NCBI GenBank assembly: GCA_965644315.1
Contig: CBFFRQ010000016.1
Span: 69,364 to 133,363, forward strand
DNA: 64,000 nucleotides
Source of the DNA: Caecitellus pseudoparvulus
Taxonomy: Eukaryota > Protista > Bigyra: Bicosoecida
Reading direction: 5' to 3'
Every line of letters begins with the position of its first letter. Position 1 is the stretch's first letter. Under the pieces are notes generated by a model. That model made no database searches. It saw nothing but the letters and a program-made list of their open reading frames with translations, and was not told the DNA's origin. Below, one piece after another: positions 1-9,900 of this stretch. The position numbers and the translations under genes were made by a program.

Positions 1-1580
1 GTCGTTTTCGCAAGCTTGCATGCAGCTTGTAGTGCTCTCAAGCACCCCTGCTGGTGTCTCCGCTTGAAGCCCCATGAAAACCCGGGAGACGTGATGCACT
101 GCATGACTGGTGTCAATCGGTTGGTCGAGGCCAAGAAAGAAGCATGCGCCGAAGCAGGCCAAAGCGGAGCAGCAGCAAATGAACTTGGTAATGGAGCGTC
201 TGGTTCCAAAATGTTTCGCGCTGCAGTCCGGGCGGAAGCCGCAGCGTGCTGTTGCAGCAGAAGGGAGGGCAGCAAATGTGATGTTGTGGACACGCCACCA
301 ATCTCTGTATCTTGCCCCCCGAAGGAAGCCATGGTGACAAACTCTTGCATGAACAATAGTCGACCGTCATGCTGCTGGCTCGCAGCACGGTTGCCTGTTG
401 TCCGGATTCGAACAGAATCGGGCGCAGAATACTGCCTCTTCAGCTTTGTCGGCTCCAGGGCCGAGCCCGGCTCAGCACCAGCAGACCCGCTTACATCGAC
501 ATGAACCATGCCACCTAAGTGGAGCACCAAGTCCAGTACACAGCAGCTGGCCTCGGCATACACAGCTGCCAAGCCAGCGTCACTCGTGCGCGCAAGGGTG
601 CCCGGATGCTCCATCCACTCAAGAAGCCGCACACAGGATCGCAGCACACTTGCATGATGCTCGTGATTGTGCGCCATGCCCCAAGACTGGGCAACCATCG
701 CACTGCTTGCCCGTTGTGACACGCGCAGGAGCCAAGCGGGGTTCTGCCACGCTCGGAGACCGCACAGCATGGCTGACCCGGAGAGGACCACATCCCAAGC
801 TGCCCTCAGTACTGAGGCTTTCCTGGAGAGCAGGGCCTCAATGACAATGCTCAAAGCCTTGCCGACCTGTACGGCGGCTTGCTCAGAGTCTGGGCTGGCG
901 GAAGACTCGAGCTCGCCAAGCACGTCCATGAGGAGAGTGCCAGTCTGGGAGAGAAACAGCGCTGACACATCAGAGGCCCAGGACGAAGTGAACACTTTCT
1001 CGAAAGAAGCAGCGAACACATGTGGGTGTGCTTGCATGAGGCAAAGGCGTTGAATGCAGGCAGCAACAAGCTCCACCACGACGGGTCGGAGAATCGAGCG
1101 GTCCAAGCGAGACAAACTTGCCAGCACCATCCAGCAATGAACAGGAAGCACGCCACTGTTGACGTCTTCCATGCGATCCCTCAAACATGAAAAGAAATGT
1201 GTGACCTTGTCGTTGCGCTTGAGGTCTGCGCCAATCCCGCGCCGAGGGTGCAGCCCAAGCATGGCCTCCGCCATGGCAGCAGAGCTGACTGCTTGCTCCC
1301 CGTTTGTGCTCCAGTTCCACTTGATAAAATGGAAAAAATCTCGGTCACTCTTATCATTCCCGTCCGATGGTGGCTCGTGCATCCCATGCCGCTCGCAGAG
1401 TCGAGGGAGTGCGGCGCTCACACCCCTCGTCCAACCCTGATGTGCAAGGAAAACACTGCCTGCAGGGCCAAGGCAGTGCCCACCCACCCTGAGTGCCGGA
1501 GACTGAGGAAACCATAAACCAGGGCCAGCCACAGTGCGAGGAAGCAAGCTAGTGCTTCGCAGCGGGCAGCGCACGGCCAT
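1..1580 (-). CDS. Uncharacterised protein, 3' end runs off the window (>=526 aa), possible mitochondrial presequence
   Basis: Manual translation gives a stop-free minus-strand frame from ATG 1580 (MAVRCPLRSTSLLPRTVAGPGLWF...) to the window edge. The ORF track misses it because there is no stop in the window. The + ORFs at 16, 667 and 1159 are its antisense shadows. The N-terminus is Arg/Ser/Leu-rich and lacks acidic residues. Confidence 0.7.
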   Translation of the reverse strand, partial: MAVRCPLRSTSLLPRTVAGPGLWFPQSPALRVGGHCLGPAGSVFLAHQGWTRGVSAALPRLCERHGMHEPPSDGNDKSDRDFFHFIKWNWSTNGEQAVSSAAMAEAMLGLHPRRGIGADLKRNDKVTHFFSCLRDRMEDVNSGVLPVHCWMVLASLSRLDRSILRPVVVELVAACIQRLCLMQAHPHVFAASFEKVFTSSWASDVSALFLSQTGTLLMDVLGELESSASPDSEQAAVQVGKALSIVIEALLSRKASVLRAAWDVVLSGSAMLCGLRAWQNPAWLLRVSQRASSAMVAQSWGMAHNHEHHASVLRSCVRLLEWMEHPGTLARTSDAGLAAVYAEASCCVLDLVLHLGGMVHVDVSGSAGAEPGSALEPTKLKRQYSAPDSVRIRTTGNRAASQQHDGRLLFMQEFVTMASFGGQDTEIGGVSTTSHLLPSLLLQQHAAASARTAARNILEPDAPLPSSFAAAPLWPASAHASFLASTNRLTPVMQCITSPGFSWGFKRRHQQGCLRALQAACKLAKT

Positions 1581-2128
1581 AAAGGCGCTGCTGTCCGCCG
1601 CGAAACGCCAGCGAAACTCTGAGGTGTACTTCAGCAACAGGGCAGCAAAAAGCGGCTGACAATTCCAGCGTGGTTGCAATACGGATTAAAATGCGACTTC
1701 GGTTGAGTTTGAAGTATCCGGAAAGTATCGAGCTCAGGCAAATGCTGATCGAAACTCGCGCAGCTGAGCGATGGCGAGGCCACCGGTGAGGCGCAGAACT
1801 GCAGCCGCTCAACTGCCGAAGTGAACGGTTGGATGAGGCATGAGGGGGAAATCCACGGAGTGGCTTGATTCAAGATGCAAGGCTTAAGCTGCGGGGTCTA
1901 AGATTAGTTTTCAACCCCTGTCGTGTTCGTAGCGAGATCCCTCCTCACTTGAACGCCTCAGGGAAATCTGCTCACAACTCAAATCACAACTTGCCACAAC
2001 GGTCCTCAACTTTTCCACTGTTCTTGCCCTATGCACTCGCATGTGTAGTGCTCCAAACTGCCTCATCTTGAGCAGGAGCCTTCATCAGGCGCACGCCTTG
2101 CCTTGCGCGCCCACCTGTCTGACACGCC

Positions 2129-3701
2129 ATGGCTGCCAGATCCACACTCCCGCTCCGCGAGGGAGGCCCCGACCCAAACCACGACGTCCACATCATCCCA
2201 CCTGATGACAATGAAGTACGCTGCGTCAGCATTCCCTACAGCATGAGATGTGCGTGCGCCCCGCCACGTGGTGGCTTAGCACGACTTGTTGCGCCAGATA
2301 GCAGCAGTGCTCGCGAAAACCTCAATAGCCCACCACGCCTCCTTTCCCCCTCGTTGCCTGAACACAGTCATCATCGGCGATGCACACCAGGTTGCTCAGG
2401 CCATCGCGACGGAAGAGGGCTGCAGCATCCTGCCCTCGGATGGATGGGTGCTGCACCCTGTGGAGCCAAGTGGCACCCCCGTGCAAACGCTGACGCTGAT
2501 GACTGACAGCGGGGACAACTCTGCAGCGACGTCAGCGGCAGCGGCTAGGATCGTGGAGAGCTTGCATCGCCTGCACAGGTTTGGCTCTGAGCCTGAGCCT
2601 GACATCGGGCCAACTCCTGCACCAGCTCCAGCTCCAGCTCCAGCTCCAGCTCCAGCTCCAGCTCCAGCTCCAGCACCAGCACCAGCACCAGCAATTTCAG
2701 TAGTAGCAGACCCTTCGCCAGCGCCTGTGCCTGCACCAGAACCTGTCCCTATGCATGTACCTGCATCAACACCCGAGGAGCCACAAGCGCTTCTTGCCCA
2801 GGCCGCCGACATCGCACCCCTGCACACCATTCTGGATGTCATGGATGCTCTCGACGATCGACTCCGTGCACGGCGATCAGTTGCAATGTCCAAGCCCGAT
2901 GCAGAGGCCACCCTGGCGGAGAAACTTGGCGATGCCAGGGCACATCTGGGTCCGGGATGCACGTGGGGACAGCTGCTGGACAACATGGTGGCGCAGCAGT
3001 ACCTGCGAGAAGGAAGCAGTGGAGTCGCTCCCCGGTGGCAGGGAAACACGACTTCATCGCGGAAGGTGCCAAAGATCGTTTGCGACAACATGCTCGAGAG
3101 CGTGCGCATGTTCCTTCAGGACGGCACACCAAAACCCATGCAACAGTTTGGGGTCTTCTTTTCTGATGAGCTTCACGCACCTTTCACTCCCAATCAACTG
3201 GTGAGGGCTGTTGGGTACAAGAATGTGTCCACATTCCTTCGCGACTTCCCCGATCACGTCGCTGTCAGCCATGACAACAACTTCCTGTCTGCCGCGGGCA
3301 CACCTCCTGAACCCGAAAAACCAACACCAGACGTTGATTCCTCAGCAGAACAGGATATCCCTGGCAAAGCTTCCTCAGGCCACGGTTCCCCTGTCCAGCC
3401 CCCCCCTGATCAGCCTCCCTCTGATCAGCCAAAATGCGCACTGAGTGGGCAACCATGTACAGAAGCGGTGCCCCTCTCTGCAGCAGGTGGCCCGCAGGTT
3501 TTCGTTGAGAGGAGTGTCCTCCTGAAGAAGCTCAAGGAGCTGAAAAAAGTCGGGCAGACTTACACACGCATCCAAGGCATCACTGTGGATGTGAATGCCA
3601 AGCTTGACGAGCTCTCAGCTGACGATGACGAGTCGTCTGATGGCCAAGGGGACGAAGACGAAGGGGACGAGCCAGAATCCAGTGGCTGCAAGCAGCAATG
3701 A
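2129..3701 (+). CDS. LOTUS/OST-HTH domain protein with Pro-Ala linker and C-terminal U-box/Rtf2-like segment; intron 2216-2297
   Basis: Exon 1 (MAARS...PPDDNE) is joined by a GTACGC...CCAG intron to the 2286 ORF. LOTUS-like signature VGYKNVSTFLRDFPDHVAV. CALSGQP...VFVERSVLLK resembles a U-box/Rtf2 RING-like motif. Confidence 0.65.
2616..2692 (+). repeat. Coding hexamer microsatellite (GCTCCA/GCACCA)n encoding (Pro-Ala)n
   Basis: Tandem ccagct/ccagca units are directly visible and translate to PAPAPA... Confidence 0.9.
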
Positions 3702-3959
3702 CAAGTTTCGCACTCACCTGGCTGACAGCAAAACGAAAGAATACACCCAAAAGCTGCAGCTTGCCACCGCGGCTGATCTTGGCTCACCAACTCCAAATCT
3801 CAGATGCAGCCCGGAACGCTCCACACCTACCGCTCAAACTTGCCACCATTGTCTGGATGCAGATGCTCAGTGACAGATTGTGCCGTTTTTTGAACTGTAT
3901 GGGGCAAATGGAAGACTAAATATGCGGCTGAAGAATGGAAAGCACAATGCCAGCAGAGG

Positions 3960-5960
3960 CAATGCCACTTGCCCCTGTAGCGCCCGTCTAAATGCTACAC
4001 GACAAACTCAGGCCAGGACACTTGAGACTCATGCATGCGCAGTTTCCTCAGCCCTTAAAGACCGACAACTTGCCTTGCACCAAGACACCCCAGTCGTACG
4101 CAGCATTGTACTTTGTATTTAAACGTTTTGAGAGCTTTTCATCGAACCACATGAGTCACCTTCTGACGGAAGTCAACTTGCGCGAAAAGTCAGCACCCGA
4201 GCGAACCAATTCAAGACTCACACATTCACAATCTGCTGATCACAAGCATCTTCCTTCCATGAATCACTACATGCATATGTGTGCGAATTGCAAGAATGTA
4301 TTGCGAAGCAGGGACTTAGTATCCTACAGAATCAGCGTCCTTGATAATACTTTATCAACGTGCTTTGAAGCAAAGGTTTCGCATGGCGGGAGGTACGCTT
4401 CATACGACACCTACGAAGCGCAAGCAGACTTGAGTCATAGAACGCTGAGCTGGAGCAGCCTTGTGTGAAACCTACATCAGACGCGAACTCCACGAATCTC
4501 CGGAAGACTTGATACTATGGCACTCGTGAGCAGTTGCAGCCGCAGGAGTTGTGTTCGAGAAGAGGACCACTGTGCATGAAAATCTGAAGTCACTCTGTCA
4601 ACATTCCATCACCAACCAAGCGAAAGAAAATGGCTAGCAAACGTGTGCCCATAGGAGAAAACCCTAAGCGTATTGTCAAGTAAATGAAGTTACACCCTAT
4701 ATCATGCACCTGGGCAGAATTTCTTTCGTCGCCTGCAGAAAAAAACAGGGCGAAGCTCATGTGAGATACAACTAAATACTGTGCCTGTACATAAACATCG
4801 AACATAAAGGTTCACAAAAGGATAACTGACATGCTCGCGAAGAAAGGAATTGAATCCTCACAGAAGCATTCTGATCATGCTCTAAAGGAAAAGCTGAAAG
4901 TATGATGTCCGATCCAACTACATAATCACATAACACCTGTGAATGCAGACATCTCCCAAGATTGTGATGGAGTGCGATTCTCGTAAAATTCATGGCTCTT
5001 GCACTACCTTGAGGGTTTTGATCCTAACCACGGCTTTGCATACGGATACGTAATGTTGCTTGTTGCGCTGCAAGGCTGCGGCCGTTTTCGCACATGATCC
5101 TGCAGAGTGGGTTGAGCATAATCATTTGTGGAGCACGCTATCAAGGAGTATGGAGTTGTGGATGTGCTTGCGCAGATCTGCAAAGCATGATGTCAGAGCA
5201 TCCTAAACTGAGATTCATTTGTTTTTGCCTTCTGTACAAGGACCAATTATCCCCAAATTGGCAGCGAAATCCGAATTCGCTCGCGTCATGAAGTCAACTT
5301 CGCTTTTGTTGCTCAGTAAACCCACACAGATACTTGCATGCACCGAGGTGGACTTGCTGTGCCATGCGTGCATTGACTTGAGATCGCCAGCATTATTGGT
5401 GTGATCTTGAACCAAACAAGCAACTTCAAATTTTCGGAATTCCATCGTCGAACCCCTCTTCTTTATCCATTGCAGACGTCGGTTGCGTGTCTGGATGTGA
5501 TCCAATATTGTTTTCTGCGAATGGAATGAGTTTGACTCGTTTGTTCTCTGACGAGGAATACATTCCGTGTTGCAGGCTGTGTGCCCCGCCCCATGTTACA
5601 CAACCCTTGACCTGGGATTGGGCAGAGGTGGCAATTTTCATATCAATTGCTTTGTGGCATTGCCTTGTATCCTGAGAACGGTTTGCATGGATTGTCATGA
5701 ATGGCAATGAGTTTTTGAGCACAAGATCAAGACTGTGCACTCACCATGAAAGAAGTGTCATTCGTTCAATGGGTTATTGACAAGACCATGGAAATCTTCA
5801 GGCAACTACAAATGTCAAGATTGGAAGCAGAAAAGCTCTTGTGTCCAAGAGACCATACAACTCTTTTACCTTGAATTGATTCTTGTTGTGTTTTGTGGGT
5901 GTTTGCTTGTGTTTCGCCGGTGGATATCTCATACTTTGCCTAAGCCGGAGATGAGCTAGC
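3960..5960. other. Gene-free low-GC island (~40-45% GC)
   Basis: Hand counts of 60-nt lines at 4741, 4801, 4861 and 5641 give 38-42% GC, against >60% in flanking genes. Only short ORFs with no recognisable motifs. Confidence 0.75.
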
Positions 5961-6917
5961 CCTCTGCACGGCCATCAGAGGGAGTTCGTGGGTTCGAGTT
6001 GTATGTGTCGGCAACGGGCTTGCTTTCCCTCCACCTGAGTGGACAATACAGCATTCCATGCTTGTGGCTGGATTGTTCTGTCTGTGCGCTCTTTTGGGAC
6101 ACCCTTTTGACGTGCAAGAGGCGTTCTTTGCTTATGTTGTGTTGAGATGGGGGAGATTGCTTAGCCTGAGACTTGATTGGAGAGTTGGGTAGGCGCTGTT
6201 TGCTGTCCTGATTCAGCTTGGCTGGCTTGTGAGTTTTGAGGATTCCGACGTCTTGAGCGTCTGTCCTATCTTTGGATTCTTTGCGATGAGGCTTGCTTCT
6301 CAGTGCTGCAGAAATGGAGCTTGGACTTACTAGTGGGGGGGACTTCTCATGATGTCGTTGCTTTGCCATGTTTCGTGCATTTGTTTTTGCGCTTTGGCAC
6401 GGATACGACGGCCGAAGCCTCCAAGTGGATATGCGGTTATGTGGAGGGGGGGGCGGGCTGTGCTGTTGTGTTTCAAGCCAGAGAGTATGCTCATTCGTCA
6501 CAGCTGCTCTGTGACTTGTGAGGTTGTTGCTTGTTGGCAAGTTGTGCGCGCTTGCCGTACGTGATTGCCGTCTCTGGCCGATGTGGGGTGTGTGAGTTTC
6601 CTTTCCCGTCTCACCTGTTAGCATCGCATGGAAGAGGCGACTTCATGGCCTTGTATATTCTCTGAGCTTTCGGCTGCCAGATTTTCGCTTGTTGCTTTGG
6701 TTTGTTGGGCGCCGCAGGGTGTGCAGCGGTCCATCTTGGTCTCGTTCGAACCGCAGGTGCTTGACAGTGGCTTGCAGCCACTGCTTCAAATCCTATAGTG
6801 TTATGGTAAGCCTGGTATTGTCTCCCTTTGCACAAGGTGCAGTCTCTTTTCCACCTGTTGGGGAGGCGGCCTGCGAGTGTGCAGGTGCACCACACTGGTT
6901 GGCGTGGACTGTGCAGG

Positions 6918-9900
6918 ATGGCCAGCTACTCCGGATCTCGCAGTCAGCGGTTGGACCTGTACAACCCAGCGGACTGGATCGAGTCAAGTGACGCTGAGGA
7001 CTCATCGTCAGAGTCATGGGAGCACTCAGAGACGGTGGGTGAGCGCAAACCGCGCTGCGGCTCGCGGCAACGTCGCGGCGACCAGCGTGTGGCGTTGCTT
7101 TCTCGAGCGTGCCTTCTGCGAGGCGTGGCGTAAGAGGATATACCAACCTTCACACGCGTCCATCCCTGTTTGCAGTCATTCTTTCGGCCTCCCCCTGGCG
7201 GCGAGACGGCGGCTTCATGGAACGCGCGGGAAGTTGCTGGGATTGATGATGATGGTGGCAGCAGCGGCGAAGAGGATGGAGGTTCGTGCGTGCGAATCAC
7301 TGCTGGCTCGGAGTCGTGCATGTTGCCCCCGCATTCCACACAGGCTTTTTTCATTCTGAGGTGGTGCCGTATCAACCCGTGCAAGCTCCTGCTTCTGCAG
7401 CATCATCTACCGCAGTTGCTGTGCGAGGAAAGGAGGGCTCTTCAAGCCGCACCGAGATTTTGTCGTGGAACTCGCACCAGGCTGAATTGCGCGAGCGCGT
7501 ATCAGCGGTGCGTTTGCGGTACTTGCGTTCTGCGTCTCGTCAAGTGGCGGAAATGCTCGGTGCGGTGGGTGACAGTGACGGGCAGTTTTCGGCGTGCGTT
7601 TGGTTCGGGGCCGTGGCAGTGCACTCGCACATGCCAGAGAGCGACGTCGAGGTGCAGATTTCGAGAGGAGACATAGTTTTGGTCATGTCCTACGAAGACG
7701 ATGATTGGTGGTACGGGCGGGTGTTGAACCGCCAAGGGAGCACTGCTGAGGGGTGGCTGCCTCCATCGCACCTTGATGCTGTTGATGGCATTCTCACGGC
7801 GCTGTCCGTCGTGCAACAGCTCCAACATGGTGTGCAACAGGAGCAATTGAGCCCACCAGAAACAGCTATTGAGCCCAGTCCCAGTCGGCGACTGCGCCGC
7901 AGCATCACTGAGCTGAACTCCGGCCTGCAGCAGAAGCTGGCCAGCCAGGCCATGCACGACTATGGGAGTGAGTTGGAGAGCAAGGCTGACGGACCCTTGC
8001 TTGCTCCTGCCCTGAATCAACCGCTGCCAACGCGTGACCATCAGGGCGGGCAGCAAACCATCGCTTGGCCTGCCTCGCAGCCGCGCACCGAGGCTGGCGG
8101 GTCAACGGCCGAAGTGACGTTCGCAGCACAGGACGCCTTCCCAGCCATGGCACGCACTACAAGCCCTGGGGTTGTGTCTTCGCACCAAATCCCGCGTGTC
8201 GGGGGGCAGAGTGGACCCGAGGGGTTTGCGGGGCATTCCCAACTGCCCGCAGTTGGCTCTTCAATGCGTTTCGACAGCCACTCAGCCCTGGCTCACCACC
8301 AGCACGCACTTCCAGGTCGCGCTGCCACAGCGTCTCCCACGCCACAATCCTCCCCAGTGTCCAGACATGGGCCGCAGGGCGTCAACGAAGGGCGCCCTGA
8401 GCAGATCGTGCCGTGGAGCGCAGAAAAACAGTCGCTAGCCCCAGCACCATGGCACCAACCTGCCAGAGGGGACGAGTCCGATGATGACAGTGCGTCAGGA
8501 TATTTCTTGGATTACCAGGGGCGCGCGCACACCCAGCGTGATAGGGCTTCTTTGGTGTCGAGTGACAGTGTGGCATCTCGGCGTGCTTCCGGCGCACAGG
8601 GGGCGTCTGCGGAAAGAGGCAGCCTGCACGCAGGACCTCGCGCAGCCCCCTCTCCATCACAGGCATCATTTTCCTGGGCTGCACCACTTTCCGCGTCCCC
8701 CCCAGGAGCACATGCACACCATGCAAGCGGGCCTCTGCCTCACACCCCAGGCTCAGGGCAGCACCAGCAACAGGAGCAGTACGGAGCCCCCTTGTCCGTG
8801 CTGCATGGAAGAGGTCCTCCTGTGGCTGCAGCGGGGATGTCACCTTCTCACCACAATGGGCACAACAGGTTTGCGGCACAGTCTCCTCATCCAGGCCTGG
8901 TTTCAGCACGCGGACCTCACGGGTCGGCTCTGCATAGGAGTGCCGACTCACAGCCCCCCACACCGTCGGAGTCGCTTGTTGGGCATGGATATGGTGGCAT
9001 CGCGCCACCTACGCCTGTTCAGCGCCGCGCCAGCCTGAAGGATGGTACTCCGCTTCCCCTGTCAACCGAGCTGTTTGCAGCCGCGCCGGCAACGTCAGCC
9101 CCCGCTGGTCGCATCCCCATTTCGTCTCCCCCTCCCGTGAGTGGCAGACCGCACTCCATTGGCCAACAGCCTTCGCATCCTGGTGAGCAAGTGCCGGTAC
9201 AAAGTGGTCATTCTGGCTCATCGTATCACCAAGGGCCTGTCGTGGCTGGGTATGGTGGAGCCGGTCCTGGTGCGGCAGGTGGCGGGCCTGTTGTGGCTGG
9301 GTATGGTGGAGCCGGTCCTGGTGCGGCAGGTGGCGGGCCTGTTGTGGCTGGGTATGGTGGAGCCGGTCCTGGTGCGGCAGGTGGCGGGCCTGTTGTGGCT
9401 GGGTATGGTGGAGCCGGCCCTGGTGCGGCAGGTGGCGGGCCTGTTGTGGCGAGGTATGGTGGAGCCGGTCCTGGTGCGGCAGGTGGCGGGCCTGTTGTGG
9501 CTGGGTATGGTGGAGCTGGTCCTGGTGCGGCAGGTGGCGGGCCTGTTGTGGCTGGGTATGGTGGAGCTGGTCCTGGTGGAGCAGGACCAGGTGGCCGCGC
9601 TGGTGAACCTGTTGTCAACCCGAGTGCGGCCCACGCCACACACAACGCTTCAGTGCAGTCTGGGCCGGTTGGAGCTGCGTCAGGGAAACTAGCCATGGGA
9701 GGTTCACACCAGGGCCCTCCGTCCAAGCCTGTCTCGATGGCAGACGCTTCCCAAACGGCAGATGATCTATCCTTGTTTGGCCTGGGGCTGGACCTTCCTG
9801 CTCATCGGAGCGCTTCAAAAGCCCGCCGACACTCAGATGTTTCGTTTGCTCATGCTCAATCACGCATGCAAGGCTCTGCGTCAGGAACGGCACGCTTTGG

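Noticed and set aside
1697-1900. RNase P/MRP or TPP riboswitch
   Set aside because: Partial look-alike words (GGAAAGT, GGCTTA, CTGAG) but no P4 complementarity and the wrong motif order.
3992-4468. 158-aa ORF and other short ORFs in the low-GC island
   Set aside because: No motifs, no host-like codon bias and no similarity to transposase, RT or viral proteins that I can recognise.
5956-6624. 222-aa minus-strand ORF
   Set aside because: S/Q/K/H-rich composition follows from the local TG skew; no domain features.
9233-9577. Possible CRISPR-like array (also 49240-50037)
   Set aside because: Head-to-tail repeats with no unique spacers, in-frame within eukaryotic genes, and no cas genes.
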